A stretch of DNA of 64,000 nt from Bacteroidales bacterium (GTDB taxonomy: Bacteria; Bacteroidota; Bacteroidia; Bacteroidales; UBA1402): contig JAQVXI010000001.1 of NCBI GenBank assembly GCA_028709215.1, forward strand, positions 60,537-124,536. The letters are read 5' to 3'. The notes beneath the pieces were generated by a model that worked only from the letters and a program-made list of their open reading frames with translations, made no database searches and was not told where the DNA came from. A program made the position numbers and the translations under genes. The first letter of the stretch is position 1. Each line of letters begins with the position of its first letter. Below, piece by piece: positions 41,016 to 49,493 of the stretch.

Positions 41016-42416
41016 ATGCAAATGATGAAACCATGGATGAAGGCTGGAGCCGGTCTTGGGCTGTTAACGCTTCATCCGACTCAATCGGTTGAGGCCAAAA
41101 AGATTCAACAAGAAGTGTCTCCCAATATCGTCTTCATATTAGCCGATGATATGGGTTACGGTGACTTGGGTTGTTACGGGAATCAAGTGATTCAAACACC
41201 GGTTATCGACGGATTGGCAGAAGAAGGGCTGCGATTTACACAATTCTATGCCGGTGCCAGCGTTTCGTCTCCTTCAAGAGCTTGCTTAATGACCGGTTTG
41301 CATACCGGGCACGCACGTATTCGCGGCAATATGTGTCGGGCGGGTGGTATTGAAGGAACACGGGAGGGGATGGTAGGAACGGTTCGTCGAACCAGTCTAC
41401 AGCCCGAGGATGTAACCATCGCTGCTGCACTGAAAGAAAAGGATTACTATAGTTGTTTGGTGAATAAGTGGCATCTGGATGGCTTTGATACAACCGCCGG
41501 GCCGTTGGATCGCGGATTTGACGAGTTTTACGGTTGGACGATTCACGAACCCAGAAGTCATAATTTTTATCCGGATGTACGTTGGCGCAACCGCGAGCGA
41601 TATGAAATTCCTCTCAACCAGGATGGATCCCGTGCCGATCACAACACCGATCGTTCTACTGCCGAAGCCCTAGACTTTTTACGACGTGCCGCTCAAAAAG
41701 AGCAACCTTTTTATTTGTATCTGGCGTATAATGCACCGCATGTTCCGTTGGATGCCAAAGAAACGCATTTATACGATGATTCCGGTTTGCCGGATACCGA
41801 TCGACGTTATGCCGCATTGATTTCTCATATGGATGCCTGTATTGGACAGGTTCTCTCCACCTTAGACTCTTTGGGCTTGACTCAGGAAACGATCGTGGTG
41901 TTTGCCTCCGACAACGGAGGAGCCAAAGCGGCTGCCGTAGAGCAGTTGGATTTGAACGGAGGCCTGAGGGGTTGGAAAGGAGAGTTGTATGAAGGAGGCA
42001 TTCGTGTTCCGGTTATTGTACGTTGGCCGGGTTTTGTCGAAGCGGGAACGACTTCACACGTTCCAGCCTATTTTCCGGATTTTTTTAATACGTTTTTGGA
42101 TGTAGCTGATTTGGAGCATGCCTATACCGAAGATGGCGTCAGTTTGCTTCCTGTTTTACTCAAGGGGAAAAAGTCGTTGGGGAATCGATTCCTGTACTGG
42201 GAGCAATTTCCTCGTACGGGAATCAGTCAAGCGGTCCGGTACGGGAAGTGGAAGGCGATTCGCATGCAAAGAGATCAAGATTGGGTTTTGTATGATCTGG
42301 AATCGGATCCGACGGAACTTCATAATGTTGCGGAGAAGCATCCGCGCATTTTAAAACGGATCGAACGTTTTATTGCTTCCAATCGGACGGAATCAGAAAA
42401 CTGGCCCATCGAATAA
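41016..42416 (+). CDS. Sulfatase (arylsulfatase A family), Ser-type active site
   Basis: 466-aa ORF with a signal peptide. Motif ILADDMGYGDLGCYG. The formylglycine motif reads S-S-P-S-R (SSPSRACLMTG), i.e. serine at the modified position. Confidence 0.88.
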   Translation: MQMMKPWMKAGAGLGLLTLHPTQSVEAKKIQQEVSPNIVFILADDMGYGDLGCYGNQVIQTPVIDGLAEEGLRFTQFYAGASVSSPSRACLMTGLHTGHARIRGNMCRAGGIEGTREGMVGTVRRTSLQPEDVTIAAALKEKDYYSCLVNKWHLDGFDTTAGPLDRGFDEFYGWTIHEPRSHNFYPDVRWRNRERYEIPLNQDGSRADHNTDRSTAEALDFLRRAAQKEQPFYLYLAYNAPHVPLDAKETHLYDDSGLPDTDRRYAALISHMDACIGQVLSTLDSLGLTQETIVVFASDNGGAKAAAVEQLDLNGGLRGWKGELYEGGIRVPVIVRWPGFVEAGTTSHVPAYFPDFFNTFLDVADLEHAYTEDGVSLLPVLLKGKKSLGNRFLYWEQFPRTGISQAVRYGKWKAIRMQRDQDWVLYDLESDPTELHNVAEKHPRILKRIERFIASNRTESENWPIE

Positions 42417-42423
42417 CGATCTT

Positions 42424-43191
42424 ATGCCACGATATTTCTTGAAATTTTCGTATGACGGTACGGCTTATCACGGTTGGCAAATCCAGCCCAATCAGGTGTC
42501 GGTTCAGGAATCGATGACAAAGGTGCTGGCTCGTTTGTTTGGTTCGGAGGTCGAATTGACTGGAGCAGGACGTACGGATGCCGGCGTGCATGCCCGCTGT
42601 ATGTTTGCGCATTTTGACAGTCCTTTTGCCCTCATTGATTGTATGGCGATGGCACGTAAGCTCAATCACATGATGCCGTTTGACATCGCTGTGCATGCGT
42701 TGTATTTGGTTGGTCCAAAAGCACATGCTCGATTTGATGCCCATTCAAGAACCTACGAGTATCACCTATGTGCGTCAAAGGATCCGTTTCGACGGGCGTA
42801 CAGTATGTACATGAACTTTCCGCTGGATGTGGCTGCGATGAATCGTGCTGCGGCTTGTCTATTTGATTATCAGGATTTTACCAGTTTTAGTAAATTGCAT
42901 ACCGATGTGAAAACCAACCATTGCCGCATACGGCAAGCGTATTGGGCGTATCGGGATGGGGTGCTGGTATTTACCATTCAGGCCGATCGCTTTCTGAGAA
43001 ATATGGTGCGCGCCATTGTGGGTACACTGCTGTTGGTGGGACGAGGCAAATTGGATGAGGCTGGTTTTCGGGCTGTGATTGAAGCGAGAGATCGCTGTAA
43101 GGCGGGTGGCTCTGTTGAAGCAAAGGGATTATTTTTGGTGGATGTAGAATATCCGTATTATTTTAATACCGAACGATATGTGGTTGATTAG
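42424..43191 (+). CDS. truA: tRNA pseudouridine(38-40) synthase
   Basis: The ORF-track ORF starts at 42373, overlapping the sulfatase. I prefer ATG 42424 (MPRYFLKFSYDGTAYHGWQIQ). Catalytic Asp motif GAGRTDAGVHA. Confidence 0.9.
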   Translation: MPRYFLKFSYDGTAYHGWQIQPNQVSVQESMTKVLARLFGSEVELTGAGRTDAGVHARCMFAHFDSPFALIDCMAMARKLNHMMPFDIAVHALYLVGPKAHARFDAHSRTYEYHLCASKDPFRRAYSMYMNFPLDVAAMNRAAACLFDYQDFTSFSKLHTDVKTNHCRIRQAYWAYRDGVLVFTIQADRFLRNMVRAIVGTLLLVGRGKLDEAGFRAVIEARDRCKAGGSVEAKGLFLVDVEYPYYFNTERYVVD

Positions 43192-44077
43192 TGCGTTTGC
43201 ATCGGCGTTGTTTTTGGGGCTGTATGATGTGAACAAAAAGTTGGGCTTGCGTGAGAATGCAGTACTGCCTGTTCTATTTCTTAATACAGTTTTCTGTTCT
43301 TTGTTTTTTCTCCCTACCTTATTGATATCCAGATGGGCGCCTCAATGGTTGGAAGGTGGGCTTTTTTATGTCGCTCCGGTTGATTTGCGTACCCATGGTT
43401 TTATTTTACTGAAATCGTTGATTGTACTGATTTCGTGGGGCTCTGCCTATGTTGCCATCAAACATCTGCCCATAACGCTGGTTGGTCCCATCAAGGCGCT
43501 TCAACCTTCTTTGGTCTTATTTGGTGCGTTGCTTATTTTTGGAGAACGTTTGAACCTTTGGCAGTGGTTAGGGATTCTGGTGGCACTCATCTGTTTTTTT
43601 CTTTACGCCATGGTGGGCAAAAAGGAGGGGGTTTCGTTTTTAAAAAACAAGTGGGTCTGGTTTTTATTTCTTGCGGTCGTAACGGGAGCGATGAGTGGCT
43701 TATACGATAAGTTTTTAATGCGTTCGTTTGACCGAATGGCCGTACAGGTTTGGTATACCATTTATCAAATTTTTATGATGCTGCCCGTTCTCTTGATTTT
43801 TTGGTTGCCTCGCAGACATACTTCGGCCGCTTTCGAATTTCGTTGGTCCATTGTGGGGATTGCTTTTTTTCTTTGTTTGTCTGATTTTCTGTACTTTTAT
43901 GCGTTGAGTTTGCCCGACTCCATGATATCGGTGGTATCGGTGGTACGGCGATCCGGCATCGTCATTTCGTTTCTGGCTGGAGCCTTCTTTTTCAAAGAAC
44001 GTTACATTCGTTCCAAGGCACTCATACTGATCGGTGTTTTGTTGGGTATGTTCTTATTATATTTGGGGTCTGTTTAA
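43178..44077 (+). CDS. EamA/DMT-superfamily transporter
   Basis: 299-aa ORF with about 10 TM segments in two repeated halves. Overlaps the truA end by 14 nt. Confidence 0.75.
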   Translation: MWLISAFASALFLGLYDVNKKLGLRENAVLPVLFLNTVFCSLFFLPTLLISRWAPQWLEGGLFYVAPVDLRTHGFILLKSLIVLISWGSAYVAIKHLPITLVGPIKALQPSLVLFGALLIFGERLNLWQWLGILVALICFFLYAMVGKKEGVSFLKNKWVWFLFLAVVTGAMSGLYDKFLMRSFDRMAVQVWYTIYQIFMMLPVLLIFWLPRRHTSAAFEFRWSIVGIAFFLCLSDFLYFYALSLPDSMISVVSVVRRSGIVISFLAGAFFFKERYIRSKALILIGVLLGMFLLYLGSV

Positions 44078-44089
44078 ATAACCGAAGAA

Positions 44090-44695
44090 ATGGTAAAAAG
44101 AGTCTGTTTGTCTGTTCTGTGTTGCTTGATGGCTGTTCCATTTATGGCTGCGGGTATGGATTCTTGTTTTTTTCAGATGCCTCAGGCACTGTTGCCGGGT
44201 ATATCGGTCAATACCCGAAAAGATATGGTCGATTTTTTTACACACAACCGGCCGGCTGTAGGAAGAACGGCATTTGCCGCAGAAACCGAACTCACGGCTT
44301 TTTCAGCCGATCTTTTAACCCTGAAAACGTCGGCTTCTTCGCAGATTCAGGTGAAGCGTCTTACGATCGGAACAAAGGAAGTCTTTGCATGGATTCACAC
44401 GGTTTTTGGCCCCTATCCCAACAGTGTTCTCTCTTTTTATCATACGGATTGGACACCATGTACGGACGTTGAAATGCAGAAGCCAACCTGTCTGGACTTT
44501 TTTGATGAACAGGCTGCCGGTGAGATATTAGCCAAGCGGTTTGAAGCAGAATGCACCCGGTTGTTTGTTGAAATGTGGTTTGAATCGGGGCAAAAGGTAT
44601 TGCATCTGCGAAGTAATATGCTCTCCGACTTACCGGATGAATGGTTAAGCCCTTTTTTACCCTTTATTAAGACCGAAATCACCAAGGAATTCTAA
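44090..44695 (+). CDS. Secreted protein of unknown function (possibly DUF3256 family)
   Basis: 201-aa ORF with a signal peptide. The early motif FFQMPQALLPGISVNTRKDMVDFF resembles DUF3256 as I recall it; not verified. Confidence 0.4.
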   Translation: MVKRVCLSVLCCLMAVPFMAAGMDSCFFQMPQALLPGISVNTRKDMVDFFTHNRPAVGRTAFAAETELTAFSADLLTLKTSASSQIQVKRLTIGTKEVFAWIHTVFGPYPNSVLSFYHTDWTPCTDVEMQKPTCLDFFDEQAAGEILAKRFEAECTRLFVEMWFESGQKVLHLRSNMLSDLPDEWLSPFLPFIKTEITKEF

Positions 44696-44707
44696 GCCCC
44701 TTTTAGT

Positions 44708-46141
44708 ATGGAAAACACGGTTCATGAAATGTTTGCTTTGATGGTCGATTTTTTACGCAGTTTTTTATTTTGGGACCCGTTTGCCGCTGTTGGTCTTTCG
44801 TTGGGGGTAGAAGTGCCGTTTATCGTGGTTTGGTTATTGATCGGTGCCTTGTTTTTTACGGTTTATTTTCGGTTTATCAATGTAAGAGGTTTTAAGCATG
44901 CCTTACAATTGGTATCCGGAAGACATACGCGTCATAAAGGAAAGGGAGAAACGTCCCCTTTTCAGGCAGTAGCCACTGCATTGTCCTCGACGGTTGGTTT
45001 AGGAAATATTGCAGGGGTAGCCATTGCCATTTCGATGGGAGGGCCTGGGGCTACGTTTTGGATGATTCTAGCGGGTTTTCTGGGTATGTCCAGCAAATTC
45101 GCCGAATGTACATTGGGCGTAAAATACCGAACCATCGATGCAAACGGGATGGTCTCCGGTGGCCCGATGTATTATTTAAAACGCGGATTGGCCAAACGGG
45201 GCATGCCGGTGTTGGGTAAATTTTTGGCCGGTACGTTTGCTTTAATAATCGCTTTCTCCACCTTTGGGATCGGAAATATGTTTCAGGCCAATCAGATACA
45301 GGCTCAACTTTCTTTGGTTTTTCCGATGCTTGAACCTTATGCGGTTTGGGTAGGACTTGTATTGGCCGGTATGACCGGTTTGGTCATCTTGGGTGGAATT
45401 AAACGCATTGCTTCTACGTGTTCGAGGTTGTTCCCTTTTATGGCATTGTTGTACGTCGGCTTGTGTTTGTTGATTGTTCTGATGAATATTTCACACGTTG
45501 GGCGTGCCTTTATTCTAATTTGGGATGGAGCCTTCCATGCCGATGCCGTGCACGGAGGTTTTGTTGGAGTGATGATTATGGGCTTGCGTCGGGCTGTTTT
45601 TTCAAACGAGGCAGGGATTGGATCGTCGGCCATTGCCCATGCGACGGTCAAAACGAAACAGGCGATTACGGAAGGATACGTCGCCTTGCTTGAGCCGTTT
45701 ATTGATACCGTAGTGATTTGTACGCTAACGGCATTGACGTTGATTGTTACGGGCTTGTATCAAAACCCGGATCAGCTGGAAGGTGCACAGCTTACATCGG
45801 CTGCATTTGCAACGTTGGGAAGTTGGGCGCCTTATGTCTTGTTGTTGTGTATGCTGTTATTTGTCTATTCTACGCTCATCGGTTGGTCTTACTATGGGGT
45901 GAAAGGTTTCGATTACCTTTTTGGAGGTTTGTCAGAACGGCTGACCGGAAGCCGAAAAACAGCCGAAAAGTTTTATCAGGTTGTCTTTTTGATGGTGATC
46001 GTGTTGGGTACGACCACGCCATTGGCACTTATCATCGATTTTTCCGACATGTTGGTTCTGGCCATGTCTTTACCCAATTTGATTGGTTTGTATCTGATGG
46101 CTCCTGAGATCAAACGCGATTTGTTGCGTTACAAACCCTAA
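44708..46141 (+). CDS. Alanine/glycine:cation symporter (AGCS family)
   Basis: 477-aa polytopic ORF. Family motif GGPGATFWM and SSTVGLGNIAGVA. Confidence 0.88.
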   Translation: MENTVHEMFALMVDFLRSFLFWDPFAAVGLSLGVEVPFIVVWLLIGALFFTVYFRFINVRGFKHALQLVSGRHTRHKGKGETSPFQAVATALSSTVGLGNIAGVAIAISMGGPGATFWMILAGFLGMSSKFAECTLGVKYRTIDANGMVSGGPMYYLKRGLAKRGMPVLGKFLAGTFALIIAFSTFGIGNMFQANQIQAQLSLVFPMLEPYAVWVGLVLAGMTGLVILGGIKRIASTCSRLFPFMALLYVGLCLLIVLMNISHVGRAFILIWDGAFHADAVHGGFVGVMIMGLRRAVFSNEAGIGSSAIAHATVKTKQAITEGYVALLEPFIDTVVICTLTALTLIVTGLYQNPDQLEGAQLTSAAFATLGSWAPYVLLLCMLLFVYSTLIGWSYYGVKGFDYLFGGLSERLTGSRKTAEKFYQVVFLMVIVLGTTTPLALIIDFSDMLVLAMSLPNLIGLYLMAPEIKRDLLRYKP

Positions 46142-46178
46142 TTCTTGTTATGACATTTGTTGATTTCAAAAAATCGAT

Positions 46179-46186
46179 TACCTTTG
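46179..46186 (+). promoter_or_regulatory. -7 promoter motif TACCTTTG (with -33-like TTTG at 46156-46159) for tRNA-Val
   Basis: Exact TAnnTTTG match ending 11 nt before the tRNA 5' end. A TTTG lies 19 nt upstream, matching the Bacteroides -33/-7 spacing. Confidence 0.55.
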
Positions 46187-46197
46187 CATCCGCTTTC

Positions 46198-46272
46198 GAG
46201 CTGTTAGCTCAGTTGGTTTAGAGCACTACCTTGACAGGGTAGGGGTCACTGGTTCGAATCCAGTACAGCTCA
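46198..46272 (+). tRNA. tRNA-Val (anticodon GAC)
   Basis: Hand-folded cloverleaf: acceptor GAGCTGT/ACAGCTC, D arm GCTC-AGTTGGTTTA-GAGC, anticodon arm CTACC-TTGACAG-GGTAG, variable loop GGGTC, T arm ACTGG-TTCGAAT-CCAGT, discriminator A. CCA is not encoded. Confidence 0.93.
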
Positions 46273-46273
46273 C

Positions 46274-46307
46274 AAAAAAAAGACGGTTTTTGACCGTCTT
46301 TTTTTTA
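46274..46307. terminator. Bidirectional intrinsic terminator between tRNA-Val and the convergent minus-strand gene
   Basis: AAAAAAAAGACGGT-TTTTG-ACCGTCTTTTTTTT: a GC core stem flanked by an A-run and a T-run. Confidence 0.75.
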
Positions 46308-47369
46308 TTCGTAGGCTGCCTGAATCAGTTGACCGGTTTCTGTACACAATTGGACCGTTTTGCTCATGGATTCAGGCAAACTACGCACCTGTCCAAATTG
46401 TGGTATTTCAAATGTTTTCTCAAACCAGACCTGTTGATTGGCATCGGTCAGTTGAACGAAGGTAGAGGCCGGTTTGCGGTAATAGATGCCTACCGGTTCG
46501 GGTTTGGATTTACTTTCATACGTAGTCGGTAATTGGGTAGGAGTGATGTCCATCTGTAAGTAATAGGGTTGACCGCTCAGGTCGGCTTTATCCACGAGGC
46601 CTTGTTGAGGAGAAAAGCGGAATAAGATGGGATCTTTGATGGTTTCAGGATCGATACGGATCTGCTTTTGTTCGTGATATAGGACTTTTTTGCCCAAAAA
46701 AAGCTCCATGTACGCCATTTCCATGGCGTTCAGTTCTTCCAGTACAATGCGATAGGATGTGCCGTCCTGTGGGGTTTGTTCGGAATCCTGTGCCAGCAAA
46801 TGCATGCGTGCGTTTCGGATGTTAAAGATCTCGGTGGCGGCAAGTTCTGCCATTCGAGCGGTCGAGCTGGCTTGCTGCATGTCGCGCGTAATTAAGTCTG
46901 CTTCTGTGTACCGTTTTGCTGTTTGTTTCTTGATCCTTTTTCTGCCGGAATCTTTGATTGGGACACTTGTTACCGTTGATAAAGTCGTTCCGATGGATTG
47001 CAAACAGCCCTTTGCATCCAGCTGAATCGCTTGCCTTGTTTTGGATTTTCCACTCGGATGTAGTGCGAATTGTTGTTCCGGATCGGCGATGGATTGGGCT
47101 TGTATTCGGACGCTTTTCAATGCATAGCTGGTGTGAGCCGTTTTTGCCACTTCATGAATGCCCAGAAAGCGCTCCGCATACAGATAATACGGACCGGGGG
47201 TGATTTCGGTTTTGATGGCCTCAATGTGTACAAGGAACTGAGTCTTTGGCAGATTGTACACAATCCCTTCGCTTGGATTGGGACTCTCGTTGACCGGATA
47301 CGAACGGTGTTGTGCTCCCGATGAGAAGGCGAAGAGTACGAGGGCACCGATAATGAAAATGCGTTTCAT
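46305..47369 (-). CDS. Secreted protein of unknown function (possibly DUF4831 family)
   Basis: 354-aa ORF. Signal peptide MKRIFIIGALVLFAFSSGAQ. The family name is recalled, not verified. Confidence 0.4.
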   Translation of the reverse strand: MKRIFIIGALVLFAFSSGAQHRSYPVNESPNPSEGIVYNLPKTQFLVHIEAIKTEITPGPYYLYAERFLGIHEVAKTAHTSYALKSVRIQAQSIADPEQQFALHPSGKSKTRQAIQLDAKGCLQSIGTTLSTVTSVPIKDSGRKRIKKQTAKRYTEADLITRDMQQASSTARMAELAATEIFNIRNARMHLLAQDSEQTPQDGTSYRIVLEELNAMEMAYMELFLGKKVLYHEQKQIRIDPETIKDPILFRFSPQQGLVDKADLSGQPYYLQMDITPTQLPTTYESKSKPEPVGIYYRKPASTFVQLTDANQQVWFEKTFEIPQFGQVRSLPESMSKTVQLCTETGQLIQAAYE

Positions 47370-47380
47370 AGATGGAACGG

Positions 47381-48892
47381 TTAATGATTGCTGCGTAAAT
47401 AGTGAAAGGCGCTTCCAAGCATGGACGGGATGTCTCCCGCCAACAGGCTTTCAACCGATTGTGTTTCCAATGCCAGATCGGCAGCCAATCCGTGAAGGTA
47501 GCAGCCCAATTGGCAAGCCTCGGTTTGAGAATACCCTTGTCCCAGCAAAGATACAATTATTCCGCTTAAAACATCACCACTTCCCCCTGTTGCCATGCCT
47601 GGATTTCCGGTAGAATTGAAATGTACGTTGCCGTCGGGCAAAATGCATGCCGTATAAGCGCCTTTAAGCACCACATACACTTGATATTTTGCAGCAAAGG
47701 CCCGTGCCGTTTGAAGGCGTTCGTATCCGCTGGTGGGTTTGGACTGACTGAGTCGGTCGAATTCACCCGGGTGTGGCGTAAGGATGCTGCCGTGTGGCAG
47801 CAATTGCAGCAATACGGGATCTTCTGCCAACATATTGAGTGCGTCGGCATCCAGTAAAAGTCGCTGCGGCTTATGTTTGAGCAATTGAGCAAATGCCTTT
47901 TTCTTCGTTGGTGTACAACCCAGTCCGGGTCCGATTCCAACGGCTGTAAACGCATGCATCATTTCATCGCTAACAAAAGATTCGGCTTGAAAGGTTTTAC
48001 ACATGGCTTCGGCTACGGCCGATTGAATGCTTGGCAAGCAAACGGATTCGGTCGCAACCGTAAGTAGGCCACAACCGCTTCGTAAGGCGCCCCGTGCGGA
48101 TAAGATGGCTGCACCAGCCATGCCTTCACTTCCGGCAATCATCAGAATACGACCCATTTGACCCTTGTGTACAAAGGTTGAACGTTGTTTTAATAGGGTC
48201 TGAATGTCTTCCTTTTCGGTCAGGTGATACGGTGATTCGGTCGTTTCCAGTACCTGTTTGCTGAGTCCGATGGATACCGCATCCCAGGATCGAACGTACG
48301 TTTCGTTTTCAGGCAATAGGCATGCGATTCGAGGCATTTCCAGGCAGATGCAATGGCTGTTGCGTACGATGCTATCGGCATCGTTTGATGCATTATTCTC
48401 ACCAAAAAGGCCACTGGGTACATCGATGGAATAGATCGGTTTGTTTTGTAGATTGATCCACTGTACCACCTCGGCAAATTGTCCGGTAAGCGGTCGGTTG
48501 AGTCCGGATCCGAACAGACCATCCACCATAAGGTCAAAGGATGATTGATCGGGAGGTTCTGATGCCCATATCTTGATCGTAGGAGCAGCCAAAACGCGCA
48601 GTCGATCCAGTTGAATGCGTGCATCGGCAGACATCGGTTTGCCAAAAGTGCATAGCAGTACAGTCACCGGCTGGCCCCTTTTAATGAGCCGTATGGCAAC
48701 GGCCAACGCGTCTCCTCCATTGTTGCCCGGTCCGGCAAGGATTAGGCAACGTAGAGAAGGCGTGAGGTGCTTGAATAGGTGCGATGTAAGGGCGTCTGCT
48801 GCCCGATCCATCAGTTCAACGGAGGCGATGTGCTCCTCCTCAAGGGTGGCCCGATCCAGGTCGCGGATTTGCCCGGTCAAAAACAATTTCAT
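47381..48892 (-). CDS. nnr: Bifunctional NAD(P)H-hydrate epimerase / ADP-dependent dehydratase
   Basis: 503-aa ORF. YjeF_N motif GPGNNGGDA and carbohydrate-kinase motif GGSGDVLSG. Confidence 0.88.
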   Translation of the reverse strand: MKLFLTGQIRDLDRATLEEEHIASVELMDRAADALTSHLFKHLTPSLRCLILAGPGNNGGDALAVAIRLIKRGQPVTVLLCTFGKPMSADARIQLDRLRVLAAPTIKIWASEPPDQSSFDLMVDGLFGSGLNRPLTGQFAEVVQWINLQNKPIYSIDVPSGLFGENNASNDADSIVRNSHCICLEMPRIACLLPENETYVRSWDAVSIGLSKQVLETTESPYHLTEKEDIQTLLKQRSTFVHKGQMGRILMIAGSEGMAGAAILSARGALRSGCGLLTVATESVCLPSIQSAVAEAMCKTFQAESFVSDEMMHAFTAVGIGPGLGCTPTKKKAFAQLLKHKPQRLLLDADALNMLAEDPVLLQLLPHGSILTPHPGEFDRLSQSKPTSGYERLQTARAFAAKYQVYVVLKGAYTACILPDGNVHFNSTGNPGMATGGSGDVLSGIIVSLLGQGYSQTEACQLGCYLHGLAADLALETQSVESLLAGDIPSMLGSAFHYLRSNH

Positions 48893-49482
48893 TCCGATTC
48901 GGTTTCAAAGATGAGCTTTGCGTCTTTTATAATGGGTTTGCATCCGGGAAAGCCCTGATCGATTAGGGCATTGAGTTCGCCCGGTTCAAATTCAAATCGG
49001 GCTCTTGGCCCACAGTCCCAGAGCTCAATAAATGGATCACAATCTAAGATGTGCTTTCTTAACGTCGCTGTATCCGGTGCTTGCTCCAATGCTGCATATT
49101 CTTCGTAGCTGTAATCGGTAAATGCGATGTTGGGTCCGATGCCTCGATTGTCCAGCCAATACTCCTTGCGCAATGGGGTTGGACAGGCCAGTTTCCCTCT
49201 AAAAAACAAATCTTTTGGATGCGGGTACGATAGAATGCCCGATCGATCGGCTCGCATTAGAATGGGGACGTTTTTTGAATAATCTTTTTTGGTTTTGTAG
49301 ACAAGTGCCGAAGGCAGTTCGGCCATTTGCTGCGTACTTCTGGCCGGATCCAACAATACGGGTTTTGTATTGGAGTCGGGGACGGATGTAGAACCGGTCG
49401 TAGCGCTTGAAGAAGCGCAAGCGGTCAGTCCGAGTGCGAGCACGAAAGACAATAGATAAGGAAATAGACGATTTGTACTCAT
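48889..49482 (-). CDS. Lipoprotein of unknown function (197 aa)
   Basis: Lipobox ALGLTAC followed by a Ser/Thr-rich linker. It starts 11 nt after the C10 protease gene and overlaps the nnr start by 4 nt. Confidence 0.5.
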   Translation of the reverse strand: MSTNRLFPYLLSFVLALGLTACASSSATTGSTSVPDSNTKPVLLDPARSTQQMAELPSALVYKTKKDYSKNVPILMRADRSGILSYPHPKDLFFRGKLACPTPLRKEYWLDNRGIGPNIAFTDYSYEEYAALEQAPDTATLRKHILDCDPFIELWDCGPRARFEFEPGELNALIDQGFPGCKPIIKDAKLIFETESE

Positions 49483-49493
49483 GGCTCTGAAGG

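Noticed and set aside
40529-41092. 187-aa ORF antisense to phoH and running into the sulfatase start
   Set aside because: Shadow ORF. phoH has Walker A/B motifs on the other strand.
46198-47369. tRNA-Val as an integration site for a genomic island
   Set aside because: Downstream genes are convergent, of ordinary composition and core-like (nnr and others). There is no integrase and no repeat of the tRNA 3' end.
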